Below are positions 12,365 to 25,677 of a stretch of 64,000 nucleotides of DNA, piece by piece. Location of the stretch: the NCBI RefSeq assembly GCF_006345805.1, contig NC_042997.1:134912001-134976000 (forward strand), written 5' to 3'. This DNA is from Octopus sinensis. Taxonomy: Eukaryota. The translations under genes and the position numbers were made by a program. Position 1 is the first letter of the stretch; every line of letters starts with the position of its first letter. The notes beneath the pieces are model-generated. The model was not told the DNA's origin. It worked only from the letters and a program-made list of their open reading frames with translations, and did no database searches.

Positions 12365-12370
<6 letters not shown>
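12130..12370. mobile_element. MITE/foldback element with 50-bp terminal inverted repeats
   Basis: 12130-12179 vs 12321-12370 are reverse complements with 1 mismatch; TA at both ends. Confidence 0.7.
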
Positions 12371-12441
<71 letters not shown>

Positions 12442-14278
12442 CAAATACCCTCCTACCTTCACAAACACCCCCCGAAAACACACCACTTATATCTTTTACT
12501 TGTTTCAGTCATTAGACTGTGGTCGTAAGGGGGCACCGACTTGAAGGGTTTTAGTCAAATGAATCGACCCCAATACGTGTTTTTAAACCTAGCACTTTTT
12601 CGATCGGTCATTTTAGCAGAACTACTAAGTTACGAGGACTTAAACTAGTACCGGTTGTCAAGCTTTGATGGAGGAAAAACAAACACACACAGATATATAT
12701 ATATTTGTGTACACATATGAGAGTTTCTTTCAGTTTCTGTCTACCAAATATACTCCCAAAGCTTTGGTCGGCTGTAGTTGAAGACACATGCCCAAGGTGA
12801 CACGTAGCGTGACTGAACAAGGAACCACTTGGCTGGGAAGCAGTCTTCCTACCACATAGCCATGCCTGCTGTATACAGATGTGTGTGTATGTGTGTGTGT
12901 GTATGCGTATGTGTGTATGTGCGTGTGAGTGATTACGCATCCATGTGCCTGCGTGTGCTCGTCTATGTTTTTATATATAAATTTTCTTTTATCTTTAATT
13001 CAAGAGAGAAAGTCATACTTATGGCCATTTTAAATTCCTTTGGAAATTCATGGGTGTGAGGGAGGAAGGTATTCTCAAGCCAGGGGCCCGAGCCCTAGTG
13101 CCTGCAACACAGTTAACCCCACTTAAAAAACCCACAGTGGAATAAAATTGGGCGAGATATTCAGGTTAGCACGCAAGTAAGCCACAGCGGAATTTGAGGC
13201 AGAATGAAAGAACGGCAACAAATTCTGTAAAGCATCCGTTGTGGCGCTCTGAGAAATACGATAACCAATCGGCTTGAATTTGAACACTTCCATTATGTAA
13301 ATTTGCAAACACACATGTAAACAGCCAAGGTATCTGTTTAAACGTTATTTACAAATGGCATTCTGTTTAAACAAAAACTCCATCGAAACTTCATTTTAGT
13401 AAATTAACTGAAACAATTCTAAAGAATTCTCATTCCTGCGTTACCAAACCGGGAAGAATATTTTGTTTGTACAAATATTGTCTTGTTGCTGTACGTTATT
13501 GCTGTGTAAATATCTTTCATTTCATGGATAAAATTTATCTAAAATGTTTTCATTCATGAGATAAGGATTTTCCCCCATGAAAAACAAATGTGGTTATTTA
13601 GTTCCTGATAATTCCCATCCATACTTTATGTAATTTTGTAATCCTTTTTCATTATATATATAAATACAGTACAATTCACTTTAAAGAGGCTTTACACTCA
13701 AAAGGCTATACTTTCCGATAAAGATCTTGGTAATAAAATCGTTGTTAGTAGTATTTATGGCAGTAATGAAGATGAGAGTATTGATAATGGCGGTAGTTGT
13801 GGTGCTAAAATTGATGGTTTTGAAATGAGTACGCATTGCAGATGTGAAAACATTAACTTATTCTAGATATCAAAATCTGAAGAACATCGCGTTGTCTACA
13901 CCATTCGCTTCTCTGTTTCCATCAAGTAGTCCTGTGATCAATGACGTTCCAGTTGGGTGTTTCACTTTTTACTAGATGTACGACGTATCGGTCGCTCTCT
14001 GACAGGTTTATGGTCGAGCCTGGGTTAGTGGAGACTGCAGTTCTTGGCTAGTCTCCCAGACCATATCTCTGTTTACCATTATCGGGGCGGAGATGGCTAT
14101 CCGCAAGTGTGAGACCCGAGAGTCTCACACTTGGTGATGGTGGTAGTGGTGTAGGTGGTGGTTCTGGTGGTTTTGGTGGTATTGGGCTTGGTGGATGTAG
14201 TAGAAGGGATTGGGGCAATGATAGTTTTAACGATGATAGCATTGACGGCAGCAAATGTGATGAGTATACTGAACTTAC

Positions 14279-14480
14279 CGAGAACTGAGAAAACCACTGT
14301 GGCAGTCAATAAGGAAGTGAAGAAGTCGCCGATACTGACCATAAGAGCTTCACTAAGAAAGTTACTGCGGACTGGATTATATGAAGCCAAAGCTACCAAG
14401 CATCCGAATGCTAAGCCAAATGAATAGAATATTTGAGTTGCTGCATCTAACCAAACAGCAGGTTCGAATAACTTGTCCCA
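14279..14480 (-). CDS. SLC6 exon: TM6-TM7 (WDKLFEPAVWLDAATQIFYSFGLAFGCLVALASYN...TVVFSVLG)
   Basis: Acceptor ttttacag|TGG; donor CTC G|gtaagt; 67 codons + 1 nt. Confidence 0.96.
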
Positions 14481-14488
14481 CTGTAAAA

Positions 14489-14545
<57 letters not shown>

Positions 14546-16251
14546 GTAATAATGATTTGTTTTATTTGTCACCAGAACGATGGCTGAGTGGGCAATATAA
14601 AGACAGACATGAAGAGTGAGGCTTTGCATATAATGAAATGATAAAGAAAAAAATGAGGATAATGATGATTTTGAGACATATTCTTACATAATTTTTCTAT
14701 TGAAAAACATTTATATAAAATAACTGTTGTAAAATTTTTAAAGATTTGATTACTTTATGTGTGCCTTATTTGAAAATATGCAAATTAGAAAACTTTGAAA
14801 ATGTAATGAAATTACACTTTTTGAGGCACGCTGAAGCTGAGCAAACATTTCCCAACGCTGCTGAATAGAAATTAGACGTTAAACTATGGTTTCAAGTTTC
14901 GACACAAGGCTAGCAACTTTTGTGAGAGAACGTAAGTTGATTACATCGAGTCCAGTAATAGACTGGTACTTATCGACTTTGAAAGGGTGAAAACAAAGTC
15001 GACTTCAGCAAAATTTTAATTCAAAATGTAACGAATCGGAATTTGGACATTATATAATGCGAAACTTAATTAAAATGTCGCGTAGAATAGTCTGATCTTA
15101 ACAACATCAAAAACCATCGTACGATTTGCCCGCATTTCTTCCACAAAAAACTGTTTACGCCGATTCCTCACGCAAGTACAGATTAGAGTGACACGGATGC
15201 GTCCATTTGCTATATAGGCACTGTCAGAAAGTGAAGCCTTCTGAAATTAAGCAAATGAGTTATGAGACTCGCAAAAAAACAGACTATTCAACAGCAAGCC
15301 CATTTCTATTTGACGAGAATCCATTGCGCAATCTCTCTTTTCTGCTTAACCCGTTACCAAAAACATTAAGTACCGTTGCTTTTGCTTTATTTATTTACTG
15401 GTTTGATATTTTGCTTTACTGATTAGTCTGATACATTAAAAACTACTGGTGCTATGACTTTTACATTATTATTGAAAGTTTATTGAGCAAAACACATTTT
15501 GTTTCATATTTAAAAGTATTATTAGTTATTTTCAACAATTTAACAATTTATTTCTCTATTAAATAAACTATTCAACTCTGTTTAATGAAATAGAAATACA
15601 TTAAAACATATCAACACCATTTTTATTTCATATTTTTACGACGGTAAGAGATAATGATATAAATATATTCTTTTTAAATTGCTTAAATATGTAAAAAAAA
15701 ACATATGTGCTTTGTTTTCATTCGTATGATTTTTAGTTAATGTTGGATGAAATCGTTCAATCGCATAACGTAATGCGTGTGGGCACACTTCGAAAGAAGC
15801 TCGAACTTGTAAATAGCATATTCCTTGCAATTGATAATTATTTAAAATTCCTTGGATGACTTAACGGAATTAGCGTTTTGGTGTTAATATGTTACTTCTT
15901 AGTTTCATAATTTTTATCGGATTCTCACACAACTGCCAATGTGTTGAAGGAATGATTAGAAAAGTTTTAAACAAACCCAAAGAGATATGAATAAGTTTGG
16001 GGACAATATTGCTGCTGGTATTTAGACGTGCAGATTACATTTATACTTTATGATTTGTTTAATAAATATTGTTCCTTTTCGTTTACAGACATATTTATTT
16101 TTGTCTTAGAAATACCAACCACTTACTTTGAGTAATGTTTTAATGCACCAAAAAAGGCATTAAGATTGCCATCTTATTTAAAATGGTATTGCATGAAATA
16201 TAAGTTCAGTGGGTCTAATAAGTAGTATTAAGATATCATTAGAAATTTCAT

Positions 16252-16577
16252 GAAGGCGCATGGATCAGTGGTTAGAGTGTCGAGCTTATGATCGTGAGGT
16301 TGTGAGCTCGAATCCCGGACCGGGCTGCATGTTCTGTTCTAGAGCAAGACACTTTATTTCACGTTGCTCTAATTCACTCAGCTGTAGAAATGAGTTGCGA
16401 CGTCATAGGTGACAAGCTGTATCGGTCTTTGCCTTTCCCTTGGATAACATTTGTGGCGTGGAGACGGGAGGCCGGTATGCATGGGCAACTGCTGGTCTTC
16501 CATAAACAACCTTGTGCCTGGGAGGGTAGCTTTCTAGGTACAATCCCATGGTCTGTGTCGTGACCAAAGGAGGTCTC
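16252..16577 (+). mobile_element. tRNA-head SINE (family E)
   Basis: A/B-box-like head (tggatcagtggttagag...ctcgaatcccgg); 11-bp TSD agaaatttcat at 16241-16251 and 16578-16588. Confidence 0.8.
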
Positions 16578-17126
16578 AGAAATTTCATATAAAAAAAATT
16601 GATTAGCAGTAAATTGGTTAAGTGAGACTTCGTAGCATTAAAATATCTACGAGCTTTGTTCTACAATTATATTCAAGAAAGTATTTAGAGATATCAATAT
16701 GAAATGTAAAATAAAATCATGGAAGCCATAGTGAAATAGTTTTCTCAGTGAATAGCCCTAAAATAATAGCATTCAGATATCTCGGTCTTTCTATTAATGT
16801 ACTACTTTTTTAGTCAGCAGTTTGTTTTAAATGCGAAGTTGTTATGAGAGCAACTTTCTGGGGTAATCAAACGGCACGCAATGTCGCTTAACCAAATTAG
16901 AGCCCATCATATTTCTTTCATTCTTTTTGTTTAATCATGGTGTATCAAGTGTCTAAAATGATTATATATTTGACATTGTTCACAACATAAAAACGATTCT
17001 TAAATAGAATAATTGATGATAGAATGATTGTGTTGTGAGCTAAGATTCCCAACTGCCTATAATAGTAATTACAGTTCAGTGTATATACTATACATAACTT
17101 CTTTGATACATACTTCCATAGAAATA

Positions 17127-17538
17127 CATATTTCTTTACTACCCACAAGGGGCTAAACACAGGGGAGACAAACAAGGATAGACAGACGGATTAAGTCGAT
17201 AATATCAACCGCAGTGCGTAACTGGTACTTAGTTTATCGACTCCGAAAGGATGAAAAGCAAAGTCGACCTCGGCGGAATTTGAACTCAGAACGTAACAGC
17301 AGGCGAAATACCTATTTCCTTACTACCCACATGGGGTTTCACAGAGAGGACAAACAAGGACAAAGAGATTAGGTCGATTACATCAACCCCAGTGCGTAAC
17401 TGGTACTTAATTTGTCGACCTCGAAAGGATGAAAGGCAAAGCCGACCTCGGTGGAATTTGAACTCAGAACGTAACGGCAGACGAAATACGGCTACGCATT
17501 TCGCCCGGCGTGCTAACGTTTCTGCCAGCTCGCTGCCT
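17127..17538 (-). mobile_element. SINE family A head-to-tail dimer
   Basis: Junction gaaatac|ctatttc at about 17311; 16-bp TSD tacttccatagaaata at 17111-17126 and 17539-17554. Confidence 0.88.
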
Positions 17539-17937
17539 TACTTCCATAGAAATATACTTAAAACAAAATATGTCGTGCGAACGTGTGATAGGAGGTCAAC
17601 TAATTTTAATATAAATGTATGGCAGTAGCGTATTACGTATTATATTTATACGTCAATGTATATATCGTTATGAGCACATAAGCTCTTTGCGATTTTAAAT
17701 ACATCGTTAATTTAGCTCAGAACATTATCAGAACAAATGCATTTCGAACATGACTATCATCCTTATCTACAAATACATTGTTTAATTGTATTTAAATTTT
17801 TATTCAAATTAAGGTAAGTTGTGATTTGAAATAGACTTTGGTTATTTCAAGCAGTTAAGCGATCGCGTTGGTTCGTAGACATGTTATTCTAAATTTATGC
17901 AGGGTTATGTGTAAAAAATTAACAATTAGAATTTTAC

Positions 17938-18048
17938 CTTTGGAATGAATAAGTATTTTACACCTTCCTCAAATCCATGTAGAGTTACTCCGCGAAAGAA
18001 AAAAATGACCAGGACAAAATATGGGAAAGTTGCTGTAACATAGACAAC
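17938..18048 (-). CDS. SLC6 exon: TM5 ([37 protein letters not shown]); not in the supplied ORF track
   Basis: Found by reading the minus strand. Acceptor attccag|GTT; donor AAG|gtaaaa; 37 codons; VYVTATFPY motif. Confidence 0.95.
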
Positions 18049-19360
18049 CTGGAATTAAGAGAGAAAATAGAATCATTTAGTATCTTACGTGTAAAATTTC
18101 AACAAGTTGTTTCAACGAGTACAAATAATTACGATGTCACCAATTGAAATAACTCTGTAGAATCACCTTATTAAACATACTTTATCACGCGCGCGCGTGC
18201 GACATAAGGTCACGTTTTATCGTGATAATTAAGACTTTCATCTTCCGTATCAAAATCAATTCCAATTTCTTTTCATAGCAACTACTAGTACACACAGACA
18301 CACCCACACATGCAAGCTATTGCGTGTATCATGTGAGCTATTGCTAAAACGCCCCATTTAATATTCTAATAGTGTTCTCTCAAAGCGAGATATGCATTTG
18401 GTTATTGGAAACCAACCAGAGCAACGATCTTGGGTAAGTTGTGGATATCGTTACAACTTGCACATGATAGTAACAGGAAAATTGAAATTTCGTAAAATTT
18501 CAAACAAATTCCCAAACTTAGATGCTAAACTTTCATATAATGGGGAATATTTCAATTGTAAATGTTCGGAATAAATCAATCATTGAAACTATTTGACAAA
18601 TCATTTTTCTGCTGCATTAAATAAAAAGAAAATTAATACGCAGTGCTAATTGCTTTTATCTTTAGCAAAGGTTACTTTCGTAATCATATAGATGGGCTTT
18701 CCTAATTGAATCAAATCCACACAGAAAGAAATGAAAGAGCAAGTCAATCTTATATGGAACTTATCCTAATAATTCATTATAGTCAGTCCATTTTTTATAC
18801 AATTACGATGACCATACTCTCGTCTCTGAAATCTCTAACTGGAGAGGATTTGAGCTACTTCACAAAAATAAATGAATGAATAATATGTTTAAGAAATTCA
18901 TATATACATTAGTATATATAACATATTCAGTATATAAAAGGATTTGGGAAAGGAAAATATTCACAAGTTATATTTTTAATAAAGCGATTTTCCTACAAAC
19001 GAATTATATTGTCCAAGCTAGAAATGTAAATGTTTTTTAATGCGGCAATTTCCATAGTAATAGACACCTTATGAAGACTAGAAAGAGAGCCAATTAGCGC
19101 TATTTCAAAAAAATACCAAAACATACAGCATGCAGAAAATACCATTAGAAAATAGGGCACACATTAGGACGTACCCAAAGTTCACAGAGCTTTACCCGAT
19201 TTTGCTGACATAACTAAGAATACTGAAATCGTGTTAGTGATAATGTGTTTGTTTGCCACATTAACAACGTAGGAAAAGATAATTCCAATAACAAAGTAGA
19301 GAATAAATTTGAATTTACGCAGAAGCGGTTATAAAAATTAGAAAACAAAAGTAGTAATCT

Positions 19361-20135
19361 TTCTAACTATAGGCACAAGGCCAGAAATTTTGTGGGGAGA
19401 TAGCTAGTCGATTACATCAACTCCAGTTTTTGAGTGGTACTTTATTTTATCAATTCAGAAATGATGAAAGACAAAGTCGACCTTGACGGAATTTGAACGC
19501 AGACAATAACGGAAGAGGTGCCGCTAAACATTTTATCCGTCGTGCTAACGATTCTGCCAGCTCATCGTCTTGAAAAACAAAAGCAATGAACCTTTCTACT
19601 AGAAGCACAAGGCCTGAAATTTTGGAGAAGGGGATAGTCGATTACATAGACCATAGTACACAACTGGTACTTATTTCTTCGACCCCGAAAAGATGAAAGG
19701 CAAAGACGAACTCGGCGGAATTTGAACTCAGGACGTAACGGCAGACGAAGGGGCTAAACACAGAGAGGACAAACAAGGACAGAAAAACGGATTAAGTCGA
19801 TTATATCGACCCCAGTGTGTAACTGGTACTTATTTAATCGACGCCGAAAGGATGAAAGGCAAAGAGGACCTCGGCGGAATTTTGAATTCCGAACGTAGCG
19901 GCAGGCGAAATACTATTTCTTTACTACCCACAAGGGGCTAAACACAGAGGGGACAAACAAGACAGACAAACGGATTAAGTCGATTACATCAACCCCAGTG
20001 CGTAACTGGTACTTAATTTATCGACCCCGAAAGGATGAAAGACAAAGTCGACCTCCGCGGAATTTGAACTCAGAACGTAATGGCAGGCGAAATACCGCTA
20101 AGCATTTTGCCCGGCCTGCTAACGATTCTCAGAGC
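19361..20135 (-). mobile_element. Array of four SINE family A units (two tail subtypes)
   Basis: Four consecutive copies of ...gtcgacctcggcggaatttgaactcagaacg...; internal junction gaaata|ctatttc at about 19912. Confidence 0.8.
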
Positions 20136-20376
20136 TCGACGTCTTGGGAAACAAAATTAATAATAATACAACTTTTAACAATATTACACAACATTATCAA
20201 ATATAATTTACTTTTCCAGTTGATACGATAATATCAATAGCATTAAATATAAGTGTTTCTTAATGATCATGAACTTTAAAATATGAATGACATTTATATT
20301 ACAAATTAATAAACATTTTTCCTTTTAATTACTTATTTAGTCCACCTCAACCATCCACCAACACATTTCGTCTTAC

Positions 20377-20538
20377 CTTTCCAGAAGATTTGATGCCTTT
20401 GATCATACAACAGAAAACCAATAACCAAGCGCATACTAATGCGGCCGATATCTTCCAGCTTATTATAGGTGCTGTATCGATCGACGGAGCACTGTTGAGA
20501 GCGACACGAAACCAGAAGTAGGTTGTCGAACCACTTTT
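20377..20538 (-). CDS. SLC6 exon: end of EL2, TM4 (KSGSTTYFWFRVAL...CMIKGIKSSGK)
   Basis: Acceptor ctcttgcaag|AAA; donor AAG|gtaaga; 54 codons, phase 0-0; KGIKSSGK motif. Confidence 0.95.
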
Positions 20539-21018
20539 CTTGCAAGAGAACATGAAAGAGAAAAATATAAAAATAAGTTTCTATTGATGCACGAAACAGA
20601 CAACACAGAGAGAAAGAGTGACAGATGTATGTATGTATGTATGTATGTATGTATGTATGTATGTATGTATTCATGTATGTATGTATTCATGCATGTATGT
20701 ATGTATGCATGCATGCATGTATGTATGTATGTATGTATGTATGTATGTATGTATGTATGTATGTATGTATGTATGTATTCAAGCATGCATGTATGTATGT
20801 ATGTATGTATGTATGTATGTATGTATGTATGTATGCATGCATGCATGCATGTATGTATGTATTCATGTATGTATGTATTCATGCATGTATGTATGTATGT
20901 ATGCATGCATGCATGTATGTATGTATGTATGTATGTATGTATGTATGTATGTATGTATGTATGTGTGTGTGTGTATGTATGTATGTACGTATGTGAGAGT
21001 GTATGTATATGTATACAG

Positions 21019-21072
<54 letters not shown>

Positions 21073-21246
21073 AGAAAGTAGTTGAGAGAATTTTAAGAAT
21101 CGAATACGAAGATTAAATTAAGACTGAAGAAAAACTAAAAGGGAAATAGACCAATTTTGAAAGAAACTAGAGTATATGGACTTTATAAACTCAGGCATAT
21201 GTATATATACATACACAAATATATATACATATATTACACACACACA

Positions 21247-21339
<93 letters not shown>

Positions 21340-21437
21340 CAATGATAAATCTCAGAGCAAGTTATAAACAGTAGCGGTAACACATCGTGACGCATATTTG
21401 CCTTAGGGGTTAGCCATATTCAAATGGCAAATATGCG

Positions 21438-21504
<67 letters not shown>

Positions 21505-21724
21505 GTATATATAAGCACATATATGTATGTATATGTATGGGTTATATAAGTATATATATGTATGTATATGTATGTGTATGTGTGTACTTAGATACTGAGA
21601 TACTGAGATAAGTTTCGGTTAGAATTGTATCAAGCCATGTCTAATAGCACCACCTGAAAAAGACATTTAATTGTTTCATATTACAGTCACTCTTCCGGCA
21701 GCATAGCTTATTCTTTTCTTCTCT

Positions 21725-21856
21725 AGATACAAGGGAGGAGGCCAGTCGATTAGATAGACCTCAGTATGCAACTGGTACTTAATTTATCGACCCCAAAAGG
21801 ATGAAAGTCAACCTCGGTGGAATTTGAATTTAGAACGTAAAGGCAGGCGAAATAAC
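21725..21856 (-). mobile_element. SINE family A partial copy
   Basis: Matches family A core (aactggtacttaatttatcgacccc...ggaatttgaa). Further degenerate copies at about 14890-15040 and 55700-55875. Confidence 0.7.
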
Positions 21857-22337
21857 CCAGCCGATTCGAGTAAAGAGTGATTGTTTGCAGAGATATATCT
21901 TGGTGTAGGTGGATTATCTGGAATTTATTGGAGATATTTGTCCAGGACCCATTTGAATGTTATGAAATGTTTTTCTCTTATGCGTCTTGGCATGATGTTA
22001 AAGAGAAAAAGGCCAGTTGAAGTGAAATAGTTCCGTCTAGCAGTTGTGATGTGACGTTAAAATTATTTTTGTGGAGAACGGATGACACGTGGGTGAATTT
22101 TAATATTGATGCTAACATCCTTTGGACAGTACTGTTGGAATATTTTCCACATCATACAAATGATATTGTGCTCACAGCGAAAGCAGTATTAATATTATGG
22201 ATATTACCCAACGGGCAATCATTATATCCATCTTAACGTGGATGTTTTGATACATTAACAGGCACAGACGTAGCTGTGTCGTAAGACGCTTGCTTCCCAA
22301 CCACATGTCTCCGGGTTCAGGAAGCCCGTCGTATATA

Positions 22338-22380
<43 letters not shown>

Positions 22381-24091
22381 TATATGCATATATATATATG
22401 CATATATATATATATATATATATATATCATATATCATATATATATATATAGGAAAATAAGACAAGGTAGAAAATGCTAAAATAATCTTATTGTGAAGAAC
22501 ATTTTAGTACCGGTTTCCATCTTTGCGACTTATGCAACCTAGAGTCACGCATGAAAAGCAATTAAATTGTTTTCAAATGCAAGGGACATTTTCCTTTTTT
22601 TCTATTTGCCTCTGTCTCTCTCTTTTACTCATGTATGTTCTAGGTAGTGGGCAGCAGGTAGTAGTAGGCCTAATATTTGATATGAATTCTTGTTTTTGAT
22701 TGTTTAAGCAGTAGTAGTAGTAGTAGTAGTTGAAAAGAAGGCGGTGAAGAAGAAGAAGAAGGAGAAGAATGCGGGAGTGATATGACAGTAGTAGGATGTT
22801 GGTGGAATGCTCTTAAATGGTCAAGTGACCTAAAAGTGACCCGTTGTGGTTGTAATAGTAGTGACTGGAATTGTTCAGAATAAATTCATGGGTAGTGTCT
22901 GTTCTGAATATATCGTTTATAGTAGTTGCGATTTTAGTATTTGGATTTGCGATTTTAGTATTTTAGTATGTATTCGCTGAATGCTATTTTTCTGTATTTC
23001 CGAATTTTGATCCGGGATCACGCTTCTCTAGTCACATTTCGTTTCTCAGTCGCTGCCTTCATCACCGCCTCATCCCTAAAGTTTTGTGCCTCCATTTCCA
23101 CCCTACTCTCCACTCTGCTACAACCATCCTACCCATACTCCGTACTACATCCTACCGCTTTATGCGCACCACCATTCGTTCTAATATCTTCAAAATAAAC
23201 ACCATTGACCGTCTTTTCCCTCTTACTTTTTCCATCTTCACCTCTCAGTCGCCCTCCCATGCAAACACTACGTTACATAATTCATTTAAATAATCTCTTT
23301 CATCAATTTCTCGTTCACACCAAACAATGTAAACTCCACTCACTCCTCCATTGCATCACACCCGATGCCACAACCCAACCCAACCCCTCCCCTCCCCCTA
23401 TTCCTTCCTAATACACCCCATTCTTACCAAACCACTCGTCCTTCCATATATATATCAGTGTCACATATAATGACACAGATGGGTTGCGTTTCACTACCGC
23501 TGTTTCAGGCGTGTTCTTTATTGATGAACAAAAGTATTACATCATGCAAAAAAAAAAAAAAACGTTTTCATCAGGTGAATACAGGTGAGAATTAACAATC
23601 AGAACCTGTCACAAAACAGAAGAGTGATTAGATACAGTTACTCGCTCTCCTGCTGAAATCACGTCGGTTGTGACATATGTCACTATGTTCTGTTTTGTGA
23701 AAAGTTCTAATTATTAATTCTTGCCTTTATTCACTGATGAAAGTAGTTTTTTGCAGTATAGAACACGTCTGAAACACCTGTAGTAAATCGTAAACCATTT
23801 GTGTATTTATTTATTGTTTACCTAACTCGAAACCTTCCATACGTTTGGATCTGGGGTCTATAATCAACGAGGAATAAGTACAGTGAGTGTACCCCTGTGT
23901 GGCGTTGATGGCACGTTGTGCATTAAGTCCGTTACTTGTGAATGTATATATAACTGGAAGGACAATTCCGTATTGACTTTAGTAAGTATGTATATGTCAG
24001 TATATATTGTCGGTACACAGGTGCGCTATCCCCGAGTCTACCTTGCTTTTACTACACAAATACCTGATATTCTTTTGAATCCTGAAAGCTT

Positions 24092-24177
<86 letters not shown>

Positions 24178-24613
24178 CACACATATATGTACACGTACAT
24201 ACACACAGATACGTGTGTGTGTGTTTTTGTATATATATTCTAGCATACACACGTACATGCATACGTACATCCAGAGAGATAGACAGACATGCAAGCACAC
24301 ACTCATACCTAGAGACAAAAATACTGGCACATATCACCTTATGATCATCAGATTCAGCAACAGCATTGTTAGTCAATGTTTTAAGTAACCCAATCGATAT
24401 TCATTTATCTTATCAACTGTTTGATATTTGAAATATCCCTAAAGTAATAAGCGATATCCATCTATGTGTAATCACCTATAAAACTCTTTGTTTATAAAGA
24501 GCTTTGTTAATATCAATCAACTCATTAGAATATAATTGAAAGTATCCGCAAAGCACTGCAACGTAACGACACGTTAAAACTGATGATGCGAAGTGATGGC
24601 AATATACTTTAGT

Positions 24614-24639
<26 letters not shown>

Positions 24640-24646
<7 letters not shown>

Positions 24647-24831
24647 CAACAGCTTGAGTTGCATAATAGTTGTTTTATCTCTAATTTATATTATATTATA
24701 TTATTTTATATTATATATATATATGTGTGTGTGTGCGTGTGTAGTGTGTATGTATATATATATATATATACAACTGCTTGAGTTGCATAATAGTGGTTTT
24801 ATCTCTAATTTATATATTATATTATTTATTT

Positions 24832-24868
<37 letters not shown>

Positions 24869-24871
24869 ATG

Positions 24872-24885
<14 letters not shown>
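24640..24885. repeat. Tandem duplication of a ~125-bp unit (caac.gcttgagttgcataatagt.gttttatctctaatttata...)
   Basis: Unique core repeated at about 24646 and 24771, each followed by TA/TG microsatellite. Confidence 0.8.
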
Positions 24886-24917
<32 letters not shown>

Positions 24918-25677
24918 GAAACTTCACGTTTCCTTCCTTTAAGAATAATCACAAATTCAGTGGACCCTACATCAATCACAGAGAACATATTTAAGAGTAT
25001 AGTTTTTAAAAATATATATACCTAGTAGCCATAATAACCAGTATTGAAGTGGAAAATCAAGTAAAGTACATGTAAAAATATGCATAAACTATTTATTAAA
25101 GGAGACAAAAACTAAAGCATTTTTTCAAACGATCTTCCGATTTACGTCATTTTTGCTGTTATGCTGCACGACCTCGAATTAACTATTGACGTCATTTAAG
25201 GTATGCCTACATACATACGTACACACAAAACACACACACATATATAGTTAAAAGAAGAAAAGAAAATGGAGATTAAGGAGTTAATTATTTATTTTAACAA
25301 AACAGCCATCTTTCGCTTCTTACAACTGCTTCCAGTATTTTTTTGGATGCAACCATTCCTTCACGAGGTTAATATATCCTCTATTTAAATTCTCTCTCTA
25401 TATATATATGTATTAATCCCTCTACTATCATGTGTGTTAGGTCCCAAAAACCCCGTGTTAGGTGAAGATCCACGAAGTAGAAACAATACTTTACTGTATA
25501 TTTTAAAAATTATTTTTATAATTTGTATATATTTATTTTATTATAAAAGCAAAACAACACCACGGAGGAATCGACGTAAAGCTTAAATAATAAACCGCGA
25601 TAGCTGAAGCGCGATACGGCGAGAGATTACTCTGCATATATATACAAATATATACATGTGTGTGTGCATGTGTGTGT

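Noticed and set aside
14048-14427. Pro-rich, Thr-rich and Val-rich ORFs overlapping the TM6-7 exon
   Set aside because: They are read-through of the real exon into GGT/GAT-rich low-complexity intron, or its antisense.
6537-20135. Regularly repeated ~200-nt units could be mistaken for a CRISPR-like array
   Set aside because: Units are SINE copies with TSDs, there are no unique spacers or cas genes, and the context is eukaryotic and intron-rich.
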